Assembly: GCF_006345805.1 (NCBI RefSeq)
Contig: NC_043003.1
Location: 9,796,001-9,860,000 of the forward strand
DNA from: Octopus sinensis
Taxonomy: Eukaryota
Length of the DNA stretch: 64,000 nt
Direction of reading: 5' to 3'
In this document: in pieces, positions 51,326 through 64,000 of the stretch
Numbering within the stretch: the stretch's first letter is position 1
Layout: every line of letters starts with the position of its first letter
The notes under the pieces: generated by a model
Database searches by the model: none
Told to the model about the DNA's origin: nothing
Seen by the model: only the letters and a program-made list of their open reading frames with translations
Program-made: the position numbers and the translations under genes

Positions 51326-52586
51326 TAGGTTGGCAACTAAGTTCCCGCCGGTTTTTTTAAATTTTGGAATCTATTTTTTCGACAATATTTTTTTGAATCA
51401 TTTTGGAATCTATTTTGTGTGTTTTTTTTCGAGTTAATATTAGTTAATTTTTGTTTATTTTCAGATCATTAAAATGGAATGTCAAGTTAAGAAAAACGAG
51501 CATTTTCGACACCTCCTCCTTTTTGCCTTTAATCACGGTTCTAAGGCCGCAAAAGCTGCTCGCGACATTTGTGCTGTGTATGGAGAGGGTGCCATAGCTG
51601 AAAGAACCACTCGGGATTGCTATGGCAAGTTCGGAATTGGAAATTTTGACCTCAAAGGCGCACCTCGTTCTGGCCGTCCAGTTCAGTTCGATGAAGAGCG
51701 ATTAAACCAACTTTTGCAAGAAAATCTTCGTCAAACGACAAGAGAACTGGTAGAGAAAACGGAATGCTGCGATAGAGACGCATCTTCACTCGATGGGAAA
51801 GGCTCAGAACTATGGAGCACGGGTTCCGCATGCTTTAAGTGACAACAACAAAAATCAACGAACCACAATCTCCGCTGGTTTGCTTGCTCGTTACCGCTCA
51901 ACTTATTGACACAAGCAACGAATTCTTTACCGAATCGTTACTGGCGACGAAAACTGGTGCCTGTACATCAACATGAAACAGCGTAAGGAATGGCTTAGCC
52001 CCGGTAAATAAGCGATACTGCGCGAGAAACAAGATGTTCATCCGCGTAAAACGATGTTGTGCATATGGTGGGACTGGGAAGGGATTATCCATTACGAATT
52101 GCTTAAACAAAACCAAACGGTCAACGCAGAACTCTATGTTCAATAGATGGAAGGACTCAACACGGCTATTCAAGAGAAAAGACCTAATCGACAGCATGGA
52201 GTTCTTCTGCTGCACGACAACGCCCGCCTTCATATCACCAATATGACCAAGGAAACCATTCAAAGGCATGGCTGGGAAGTGCTTCCACACCCACCGTACT
52301 CTCCTGATTGAGCACCAACAGATTTCTACCTCTTTCGGTCTATTTCAAATGCTATGCGCGGAGTTTCGTTCAATACTGATGCAGAATTGAGAGCTTGGTT
52401 GTATCAATTTTTCGAGTCGAAATCGGGTGCCTTCTAACAACGAGGTATTGAAAATCTTGTTGAACGTTGGGAAGAAGTTGTAACCAACAAGGTAAAATAC
52501 ATTATTGATTAATTAGTTGTTATTTTATTTTTATTAAACCTTAAAAAATTTTTAATTAAAATAAACGGAAATTAGTTGCCAACCTA
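51326..52586 (+). mobile_element. Full-length defective mariner (DD34D-type transposase 51474-~52512, stops and frameshifts)
   Basis: TIRs taggttggcaactaa / ttagttgccaaccta; MECQVKKNEHFRHLLLFAF..., RIVTGDE, LLHDNAR, HPPYSPD*APTD. Confidence 0.95.
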
Positions 52587-52875
52587 ACAGACATATGATG
52601 TTTACAGAGTTACCGCAGTAACTGGTATATAGTTCATAGATTCACAAGTCGACAAATGAATTCTGATTAGCTGCGTGTCTAGTGTGACTAATGTCTCAAG
52701 AAATTAGACATGCGTCTGACGAGTGTTCAGTATTTTTTCTCTAGATTTGAAACTAGTAGTAATGTATTTATTACACTAACACTTTAAACTGTTGCATATT
52801 TATGCAATTAAAAGATATGCATATAAGTATAAGGGGTTGTTTATATATTACATACACACACATATGATATTATAT

Positions 52876-52929
<54 letters not shown>

Positions 52930-53419
52930 ATAAAACAAAGATAAATGCGATACATAAAATTAATTATAATCGCCGGTGTACCAGTACACGCCATATATTA
53001 TACATATATCTACATTCAAGGCGAAGAGTGCACTAGATACACAATAGCTGGATAAATTTGGTGAGATGAGAATTAAAAACTTTTACAAACTTAACTTTTC
53101 TTATACTGCAGTTTCGCCAAATTCAGTAATAAAAATAGTATTTATTTACTCAGGCTGGCTCTTCAGTAAGATTCCTGTTAATGATGGGAAGACCATATCA
53201 ATAGACCCATGTGCGTCTATCGAAATGCTCTTTCTAAACTATTCAAAACACTGCGCAGACTCCGAACAAACCCGACAAAATAGGGGATTGTGGTATATCG
53301 TCTAACGGTCAGAAATTTATCGAGAGAATATGTAAACAAAGATAACAAAGATATGTAAACAAAGATATATATATTATATAATATATATAAAACTTAGAAC
53401 TTAGATAAAACTTAGATAT

Positions 53420-54045
53420 ATTTCGACCAAAGATTGGTCCAGGCCATGTCTAACTTAATAGCACCACCTGATAGGATTATCTAAATCCTGTTTAAGTGAA
53501 ATTTTGTTTATGGTCCATTCAAGTAGTGAGTTTTTGTTGGGTGAGTTGTATCCAATTATGGGTGGCTTATCTGGTATTCCTTGAAGGAATCTATCCAGAC
53601 TCCGTTTAAAGTTGATGGGATCCTTTTCCTCTTTGATCTCTTTCGGGACAATGTTGAATAGGGCAGGGCCTGTTGAGGAAAAGAAATTATGTTGCAGTGC
53701 ACATGTATGCTGTGATCTTGAATTGGGCAGGAGACGTATGGCCCGTGGTCCCAGTCTTGGATGAACCTTGAAGCTAATGTTCAGGTCGTTTGGGCAAAGT
53801 TGGCGGTATATTCTCCACATCGTACAAATTATGTACCACTCACGGTGACGCTGGAGAGAGTAGAGTTTCAAGGCTTTAAGGCGATCCCAATAATCGAGAG
53901 CAGCTATGCCTTCAATTCGATTAGTGAGTGCCCTCTGGGGTGATTCAATCCTCGAGATGTTTTGTTTTGTATGGGAAGACCACAGTGAGAAATATGGTGT
54001 GCTACCCGTCAGCAGTATAACCTCAGAGAGAAAGGACCTTGACAT
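53420..54045 (-). mobile_element. CR1-like LINE 3' fragment
   Basis: YFSLWSSHTKQNISRIESPQRALT...DYWDRLKALKLYSLQR...GPALFNIVPKEIK...FKRSLDRFLQGIPD. Confidence 0.88.
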
Positions 54046-54427
54046 GCATGGAAGATACTTTCAAATATGTTGAAGTGTTATAGATTATTGAAGACTGGAC
54101 GTAAAGAGAGGAAACCAAAGCTTGTTGACAAGAAAATCTAAAATCTAGTTTATACGACGAAAAGTTTATTAATGCTCATATTGAATTGTGGATATCCAGC
54201 TGTTTAAAGTATGAGTAGAATACTGTTAAATATATATTATGTCCAGGGTATGCAATTCATTCGTATTTGAAAGAACAGACAAAAAATTGGGTAATCAAAC
54301 ATGTAAATCTATCTATCTGTCTATCTATCGATCTATCTATATGTTAGTCTGTATGCACATTTGTCTGTCTGTCTATCTGTCTGTCTGCCTGTCTGCCTGT
54401 CTATCTATCTAACTATCCATCAATCTA

Positions 54428-54483
<56 letters not shown>

Positions 54484-54604
54484 GAGAGAGAGAGAGAGAG
54501 AGAGAAACAGACAGACAGACAGGCAGGCAGAGAAATAGACAGGTAGACAGAAACAGGCCGACAAAGGAAACGGTAGAGATAAATAGGTAGACGGACACAC
54601 ACAA

Positions 54605-54637
<33 letters not shown>

Positions 54638-55128
54638 CATGTTACATATATCTCTACTCTTTCATTCATATGATGAAATATATGTGACACCCGACTTTGT
54701 GTGTTATTATTTTATGGGCGCGACATGAGGAAACGAGACGCACACAGACACACAGAGTCTAGAATAATAGAAAATACAAAATACTTCATGAGTTTTATTA
54801 CTATTTTGCCATATATTCCCCTCCGATTCTGTACTTTAAGTTGGTTTGATTTAGCCGTCGATAAATCTATTTTGCGGGGTTTATTGATAAAATCAATGGC
54901 GTAGCAACTGTAAAAATAAATAATACCCGAAGTTTGAAAACATCACGCACAAAACAACTGAAGTATATACAGATCAGTACTTATATGAGAATTTTCCCTC
55001 CATACTGCAAACAACAAATAATGCGTAAATTGCTTACTGTATAAATCGTAGTTATTAGCTTACATGTTTCTGTATAATAACATATTGGCGAAATCAGTAA
55101 AATGTTGCTTGCAATATCTTGTAGTATC

Positions 55129-55342
55129 AGGGCGGCGAGTTGGCAGAAACGTTAGCACGCCGGGCGAATTGCATACCGGTATTTCGTCTGCCGTTACGTT
55201 CTGAGTTCAAATTCCGCCGTGGTCGACTTTGCCTTTCATCCTTTTGGGATGCGTAAAGTAAGTACTAGTTGCGTATTGGGGTCGATCTAATCGACTGGCC
55301 CCTTCCCCCAAAATTTTGGGCCTTGTGCCTAGAATGGAAAAG
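55129..55342 (+). mobile_element. SINE-A monomer (tail2) with 16-bp TSD
   Basis: TSD aatatcttgtagtatc at 55113-55128 and 55343-55358. Confidence 0.93.
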
Positions 55343-56019
55343 AATATCTTGTAGTATCTCCGTCACTCTACGAGCTGAGTTTAGCTTCCACCACTTTCAG
55401 TTTTATCTACTTAAGTGGAATTTACCTGCCATGCTTTCAGGAGTCGATAAACTTAAAATAAGTCGGTTTCATGTGTAGCGTTCGATCTCATCGATTTCTC
55501 TGTTCCCAAAATGCATGACCGCGTGATAACATGAGATAGTATTATAAGATGATCTTTTGTAGTAGAAAATATGAAAAGTGTGATATGCGTGTAAGATCAA
55601 CATTATCGCTTAAAGCAGGATTTTACGTGCTAAGAAATAATAAGGTACTTTATGACACTGTAATTAAATGATGTTCAACAAAAACTGGATACTAAAATGC
55701 AAATATATACATAAATGATTTATCGATGACAAAAAAAAAATAATCACCACTAGTGCATGAATACTAAAGAATTTATCAACACCATTCGGATTAAAGGGAA
55801 AAGATATCATGCAAGGGATTGAACTGGTGACTATAGCAAGAGAGAAAGGCAGTCCAAGCCATTTAGTTTTCAAATTCCTTCCAACGCTCCGCCGGATTAT
55901 GAAAGCATTTGAATATTTAGATAAATAAATAAATGGAAAATCAATACTTAAATACAATTGCAGTGCATTTTACACGATAATGGTTCAAATACGATTATCA
56001 AAAAAATATAATAATAATG

Positions 56020-56080
<61 letters not shown>

Positions 56081-56547
56081 GTAATAATAATAACAAAGAC
56101 AAAGGAAATTTTAGAAGCAATACCACAGCCATATCTCTGCACACGGCCCAGATTGGTGAGAAGATATGAGAGATATTTATATCACGATAAATTGAAATAA
56201 GTATCGATATATATTCGCAACAATAGAAATTCCAATGAGTATTGATCTCATGCATTTCAGGAATAATGTGCAGCTTTATACACATAAAATACGATATGGC
56301 ATTTGCAACAAGGCCCCTGATAATCTTTTGTTTAACTATATCCAATGCTCGTCTCAGAGACAGGATTTAGATATATTTAATTATATATATATGTGACATG
56401 AACAATGCGTGAATTCGTCTTAAGATATTTTTTTTAAATTACGTAAAATGAAAAATAGAATTAATATATATTATTACACGAATACCTACACAGGTAATCA
56501 CACAATCATACACACATGTACACACTCATATATATACATACATATAC

Positions 56548-56582
<35 letters not shown>

Positions 56583-56665
56583 CATATATATACATATATA
56601 TATACATATACATGCATATATATATATATACATACACACCACACACACATATATACATACATACA

Positions 56666-56701
<36 letters not shown>

Positions 56702-56702
56702 C

Positions 56703-57473
56703 ATATGGATGTCATATCCAGTTATATCTAATATGAAAAGCAATAAAGATTTCAAATATTTTAGAATCCAAGCTTGGAAAAATACTCTACCTTCCCAATT
56801 TCGAAATAAGTTTTGAAACACATAAATAAATACATATACATACAAGGATTTATACATGTGTGTGTCAGCGTGACTGAGTGTGTGTATGTCAACATATGTG
56901 TATATTTGGTGGTGGGGAGGTGGTGTATATGCGTGCGCGTGTGTCACCTATACAATTATATCTAATATGAAAAGCAATTCTGATCTGAAAAATGTTTAGA
57001 ATCCAAACTCGGAAAAATACTCTACTTTTCGAATTTTATAATCAGTTTTGAAACCATGAGATCAGCTTACAAACAAGATACCACACCAAAACACTATATT
57101 TAATTAAACTTAAGCGTTAAGTCCAGCATGATACGGGCGTTACTGTAACAATGTGTAACAACAAGATGGTGTCTATGTGATGATAAAATGATGGAAATGT
57201 CAGAAAAACAAAAAGGGTGTATTTACGTATTTTTGGTATAATAATGCAGTTGATCCTATATTGTAGATGGAATTACGAAATGAATATCCAAAAAGTATAA
57301 TAAAAACGATGATGATGCCTAGTAGTCTGTGTACCATTATTTAAATGAAGCAGTTCAAATTTGAAAACGCTTTACTGCCCCACGATCTCCGTGATACATA
57401 CATACATACATACATACATACATACATACATACATACTACATACATACATACATACATACATACATACATACA

Positions 57474-57505
<32 letters not shown>

Positions 57506-58195
57506 CGTATGGATGTCATATCCAGTTATATCTAATATGAAAAGCAATAAAGATTTCAAATATTTTAGAATCCAAGCTTGGAAAAATACTCTATTTTCCC
57601 AATTTCGAAATAAGTTTTGAAACACATAAATAAATACATATACATACAAGGATTTATACATGTGTGTGTCAGCGTGACTGAGTGTGTGTATGTCAACATA
57701 TGTGTATATTTGGTGGTGGGGAGGTGGTGTATATGCTTGTGTGTGTGTCACCTATACAATTATATCTAATATGAACAGCAATTCTGATCTGAAAAATGTT
57801 TAGAATCCAAACTCGGAAAAATACTCTACTTTTCGAATTTTATAATCAGTTTTGAAACCATGAGATCAGCTTACAAACAAGATTCCACACCAAAACACTA
57901 TATTTAATTAAACTTAAGCGTTAAGTCCAGCAGGGTACGGGCGTTACTGTAACAACATGTGACAACAAGATGGTGTCTATGTGAAGATAAAATGATGGAA
58001 ATGTCAGGAAAAAAGGATGAATTTACGTATTTTTGGTATAATAATGCAGTTGATCCTATATTGTAGATGGAATTACGAAATGAATATCCAAAAAGTATAA
58101 TAAAAACGATGATGATGCCTAGTAGTCTGTGTACCATTATTTAAATGAAGCAGTTCAAATTTGAAAACGCTTTACTGCCTCACGATCTTCGAGAT
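56703..58195. repeat. ~800-bp tandem duplication bounded by (TACA)n arrays
   Basis: tatggatgtcatatccag...cacgatct repeated at ~56703-57393 and ~57508-58193. Confidence 0.92.
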
Positions 58196-58464
58196 ACATA
58201 CATACATACATACATACATACATACATACACACATACATACATACATACATACAAACATACATACATACATACATACATACAAACATACATACATACATA
58301 CATACATACACACACACATACATTATACACACATCCATACATACATACACACATACACACATACATACAAACATACATACATGCATACATTCATACATAC
58401 ATACATACATACACACATACATACATACATACACACATACATATATACATACAACATACATACA

Positions 58465-58496
<32 letters not shown>

Positions 58497-58684
58497 CACA
58501 CTTACATACATACATACATACATGCATACACACATACATACATGTGTAAGGCAATGAAGTTCTTCAGATGAATGCTTATCTCTTTCTCATCTCAAGCTAT
58601 ATCTATCTATCTATCTGCCTGTCTTTCTGTCTGTGTTTGTCTGCCTATCTGTCTGTCTGTCTGTCTGTCTATCTTTCTGCCTGA

Positions 58685-58744
<60 letters not shown>

Positions 58745-58794
58745 TTATCTATCTATCTATTTATTGATCTATATGTCTATCTATCGATCGATCG

Positions 58795-58831
<37 letters not shown>

Positions 58832-58832
58832 A

Positions 58833-58890
<58 letters not shown>

Positions 58891-59219
58891 GTCAGTCTGT
58901 CTTCCTATCTATTTATCTATCTTTCTATTGATCTATATGTCTATCTATCGATCTCTCTCTCTATACGTATATATGTATGTGTATGCGCATGTGTTTTTGT
59001 GTGTGTTTATGTGTGTGCATATGTGCGTGTGTGCGTGTGCTTTCGTTTTTACACTCAACCACATTATACTCCCACCATTGCATGATTAGTGCAGGATCCC
59101 AGGCAGTCTGGGATGGATTATAACGCAATATAAAGAACCCATCAATAATGACAGAAACCATAGGCCTGAAGTTGGTAGTCTTGTATTCTCTGTTACGTAT
59201 GTTTCACTATTCGGTAGTG

Positions 59220-59600
59220 GTGGAAGCACTCCGTCGGTTACGACGAGGGTTCCGGTTGATCCGAATCAACGGAACAGCCTGCTCGTGAAATTAACGTGTA
59301 AGTGGCTGAGCACTCCACAGGCACGTGTACCCTTAACGTAGTTCTCGGGGATATTCAGCGTGGCACAGAGAGTGACAAGGCCGGCCCTTTAAAATACAGG
59401 TACAACAGAAACAGGAAGTAAGAGTGAGAGGAAGTCGTGGTGAAAGAGTACAGCAGGGATCACCACCATCCCCTGCCGGAGCCTCGTGGAGCTTTAGGTG
59501 TTTTCGCTCAATAAACACTCACAACGCCCGGTCTGGGAATCAAAACCGCGATCCTATGACCACGAGTCCGCTGCCCTAACCACTGGGCCATTGCGCCTCC
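59220..59600 (-). mobile_element. SINE-C, tail variant 3, with 11-bp TSD
   Basis: TSD attcggtagtg at 59209-59219 and 59601-59611. Confidence 0.9.
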
Positions 59601-59971
59601 ATTCGGTAGTGCAAAATGCCTAGCAATGAGTGCAATTCTTAGATACATCTCGTAACTGCAACATTCATAATCATTCCGAACATTTTTTTCAGATAGACAT
59701 GAAATACAAGTCACAAGTTTACCGCAGAAGGGTCTAATCAATGACATCGATTACATCGATCCCAGTGTTTGATTGACGCTTTTCTGTTTTGCCATTCTAT
59801 CCCCAACAGATAAATGATAACATTGACCTCGACGCAAACATAAAGAGCCATAAACAGGCTTTAACGATTCATCTTAAATTTGAGCATTAACAATTATTCC
59901 TATTATAGGCGAAGCCCTGAAATTAGGGATAAGTCGATATCATCAACGTCCATTATTTGATTAGTATCTCA

Positions 59972-60122
59972 TGTTTACGTCCCCGTAACTTAGGAGTCCG
60001 GCAAAAGAGACAGATAGAATAATTACTAAGCTTACAAAGTTTTGGGGTCGATTTGTTCGTCTAAAGGCTGTGTTGCAGCATGGCCGCAGTCACATGACTG
60101 AAACAAGTAAAAGAATAAAAGA
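59972..60122 (+). mobile_element. SINE-B 3' fragment
   Basis: tgtttacgtccccgtaactt...gactgaaacaagtaaaagaataaaaga. Confidence 0.8.
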
Positions 60123-60876
60123 CTTCCGGAGTGTAATATTTTCTAGAATGTGTTCTGCCATTTTAGTATTTCCTTTTATTGACTCCAGCAAGATTTGAAC
60201 TCACATCATAAAGTATTGGGACAATTAATGCAATGAATATTTCTGGCGCTCTAGCGAATCTATCAGGTCACTGCCTTAAAAACATGCGCCATTAATATGA
60301 TTAAATAAATTCATGTGACATTTTCAAATAATAATTTTAAGTTTATGCGTTGTCATTGATTTACAATACACCGATTCTCTACATTGAGGAATTAAAACTG
60401 AATTTTCCCACAAGAAAGGTGTTGTTGTTTTTTATACGCATGTTTTAGTTCTTCCGATTCATCATTTCCGTGTTAGAAAGTTGTTTATTTGCATATATTC
60501 TAAGAAATATAAAATTAATAATCCGTTGTATGCAACGAAAGTAAGATTGAATTAAAATAGACGTCTATATATCATTGTCAATGCTAATGCAACATGAAAA
60601 AGCAATCTACCTGCCGTATTCATCAGGAGATGGTATTTGTTATGGACGTACTGTGTTTAATAACAAAATATATATCGGTAACAGACGAAAATCACCCAGA
60701 AGCTGTGATGATAAAACTACATATAGGTTTCAGCTTCCTTGAGGATTGTCAATCGCAGTACTCACTGACCACCGAATGCTGGGACACAATTTATAGTTAC
60801 ATCATACACGTTATAGAAATGATCGTAGAAGTAGTAACACCTAGTCACTTGCCATTTGCTTTGGGCGGTCACACAT

Positions 60877-60922
<46 letters not shown>

Positions 60923-60938
60923 CAGCAGCAGCAGCAAC

Positions 60939-60973
<35 letters not shown>

Positions 60974-61684
60974 CGCCGGTATGAAGTTTAGCTGCAGTAG
61001 TAACGCTGGAGGAAATGAGGGAAGGGAGTTGCTTTCTTTGTTGCTTCGAACTACTTCGCTTGCTTTGTTATTTCTCTTTTTTTTATGACATTGTTTACCA
61101 ACACTACCATGGCGATGATGGTGGGGGAGGCAGAGAGGTGGTTTCTCCTTTGTCTGTTGTTATCAATATTATTACTGCCGACGTTGTTGTGATAAACACC
61201 ACGACGTGTGGGAGAATTTGGCGGACTGTTTTACTTATTTGGAATGTTGTTGTTATGCTTGCAACTGCTGCTGCCGCCATTCGTGATCCCACTCATCGCA
61301 GTAGCAGTGAGGCATATTTTAGCATTTGAAGTTTGTGGAGCGGGAAAAATCCATTGATCAATTAATCCCTCTTCTTTCAAACTTGATCGCTCCACTTTCC
61401 AGCTGGCTGGTTGTTAAAGACGTCTGCATTTTAAAATTTATTTAAATATTTGAACCCCCCCCCCCAAAAAAAAACAGATTTCTGTTCAAATTTTCCTCCC
61501 GACAGGTCAAACGTATAAAGCACTTAAGCTGACCCGGTCCTTGGTTACTAACAAAATATAAATAACAGTTACTAACACAGTCTATATATATATATATTAT
61601 ATATATATATATCTACCCTTTACGGATTCTCTTTTGGACATTTACCCTCCGACTGCACCTCTCCTACCTACGGATCACTGTGGA

Positions 61685-61801
<117 letters not shown>

Positions 61802-61869
61802 GGATAAAACATTGTGGTGAAAGTGTACCTTGGACATACAACAAAATGCACATTATCAACAATCCATTC

Positions 61870-62060
61870 TACTATCGGTGCAAGGGCAGAAAATTTGTGG
61901 TTGGGAAGGAGGAGATCGATTACAACAGCTCCAATGTTCAACAGGTACTTATTTTATTGGTCCCAAAAGGATGAAAGGCAAAGCAGACCTCGGCGGAATT
62001 TGAACTCAGAACGAAAAGATGAACGAAACGCCGCTAAATATTTCGTCTGTGGGACAACGA
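61870..62060 (-). mobile_element. Old SINE-A-related copy
   Basis: ggatgaaaggcaaagcagacctcggcggaatttgaactcagaac. Confidence 0.75.
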
Positions 62061-62083
62061 TTCTGCTAGCACACCGACTTATA

Positions 62084-62144
62084 ACAACAACAACAACACA
62101 ACAACAACAACAACAATAATAATAATAATAATAATAGTAGTAAA

Positions 62145-62183
<39 letters not shown>

Positions 62184-62322
62184 CTTGTTTGAATATTACT
62201 ACGCAACACTCCTCAATCGTTTTTGTTAACCTTCAATATATTTGTTCACCTTGAACACTTTTATCCATGTTTAAAAAATATGCGATTACATATTTCTGAA
62301 ACCATGAATATCAATAATAATA

Positions 62323-62411
<89 letters not shown>

Positions 62412-62540
62412 CTTGTTTGAATATTACTACGCAACACTCCTCAATCGTTTTTGTTAACCTTCAATATATTTGTTCACCTTGAACACTTTTATCCATGTTT
62501 AAAAAATATGCGATTACATATTTCTGAAACCATGAATATC

Positions 62541-62617
<77 letters not shown>

Positions 62618-62640
62618 TATTAATAATAATAATAATTTCA
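62084..62640. repeat. (AAT)n arrays with a duplicated ~130-bp unique insert (period 228 bp)
   Basis: atcttgtttgaatattactacg...gaaaccatgaatatc occurs twice, apparently identical. Confidence 0.9.
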
Positions 62641-63429
62641 ATTTCATTAATAGACTCAACACTCAAAATTCATACAGTAGTAGAAGTGATTTGTGATGTG
62701 TCTTTTCCATATGTGAAATGAAATAGAGACTGAAAATATTGATTTCTTTTGAAACTACTTATAATATCTATGAACGGTAGAAGAAGCAAGAGAAAGACGA
62801 ATGGAAGGATTGCGGGAAGAAAGAGAGGTGGAAAGCATTGGCCAAGTAAACACATGCCTTTTATGTAGTTTTCCGCCACTATCGTCTTATACATACGTAC
62901 AATCAGTATATATGCGGTTGCTTCTGTCTTATGTGGAAATTTTAGTCGATCGAAATTTAATCAATTATTTGTAGGAGTGACAGAATTGGTAGAGCTTTGG
63001 AAAACATACCTCGAGGTATTTAGGTACAGTAATTTACCTCCTTGGTTCAAATCTCACCGTATTTAGAATTGTCTTTCCTCCCTCCAGAGTTGAATAAATA
63101 TATTATTAGCCAAGTAATGGGGGTTCTCTGAACTGATTGTTTGTCCCCTTCAACGTAATCTCTGACCTTCTACCTATGTTAGAAGGAAATATCGAAAGGA
63201 TGAAGATGCTATCATGAGACTTTCTCGGATGGCGAGATGGTGTGAGAGCGGTTGCTATGGCATTGGGATAGATCCGGCCACCCCCGTTAACGGGGACAAA
63301 ACCCGGATTTACATCACTGCATGACGATGATGATGATGATGATGATGATGAAGCTGACGAGCTAACTGAATCGTTAACGATCAACAAAATTCAATGCATT
63401 TCATTTTGTGCTGGTTCTTTACGTTCTTG

Positions 63430-64000
63430 GTTCGAATGCTACCCTTACTTTTCATATTTCGGGTCGACAAATAAAATTCCAGTGTAACACTACAGTCGAT
63501 ATCATCGTCAATTACTTTCCCCAAAATTTCAGGCTTCTACCCAGAGTCGAAACAACTATTAAAGGGATGGGGGTCAGGGTTGGATTGGAGATTGGCAGAA
63601 TAGTTAGAGCAAACGACAAAGTACATTGAAGTTCTGCTTCCATGTCTTATTTTCAGAATTCAACTCCTTCTTGAGGCTTGTTTTTTGCGTCTATCCATTA
63701 AAATTAAAAGAACCAGTTAAGGACTGGATTTTACGTAATCTGCTAACCCTTCCCCTCCAAAAATCTGACCTTCTGCCTCAATTAGACGTTAACGACTCTG
63801 GATTATCAGAATAATGAGAGCGTCGGAGAAATGCATTGTGGGATTTGTTCCGGTTCACTACAGTCCAAGTTTAAACCTCGAAAACTTTAACTTCATCTTT
63901 TCTCGGTTCAGTGGTCGATAAACAAAACACCAGTGAAATACTGGATTGATATTTTCACCTGTTTCTTCTCCCTAAATTCCAGGTCTTGTGTCTGCAAGAA
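63430..64000 (+). mobile_element. Cluster of very old SINE-A-related fragments
   Basis: Residual gggtcgacaaataaaattccag, ttggcagaatagttagagc and aaattccaggtcttgtg motifs. Confidence 0.45.

Noticed and set aside
60594-60878. 94-aa ORF with natural-looking composition
   Set aside because: No motif I can identify; its length is within chance expectation.

Overview
Repeat-saturated, AT-rich animal genomic DNA. The SINE, LINE and microsatellite landscape looks like a cephalopod, most likely Octopus (inference from repeat character). I find no supportable host protein-coding exon; most ORF-track entries are translated microsatellites. Recognisable coding remnants are all transposon-derived: a frameshifted L1/Tx1-clade RT element in a (GATA)n tract, a decayed CCHC ORF1, CR1-like and RTE LINE 3' fragments, a Penelope-like GIY-YIG remnant and two dead mariners. 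Three tRNA-headed SINE groups (called A, B, C here) occur in many copies, several with clear target-site duplications. The standout is 26879-28478: about 3.75 tandem ~361-bp units plus an inverted partial unit. Each unit carries a minimal type-I hammerhead ribozyme fold with a compensatory U3-A8 core, which suggests a retrozyme or Penelope-associated circular-RNA element. Second, the SINE-A 3' tail matches the 3' end of the Tx1 LINE in the same window, and SINE-A forms dimers with one recurrent junction at six loci. All alignments and folds were done by eye; nothing was searched or computed.
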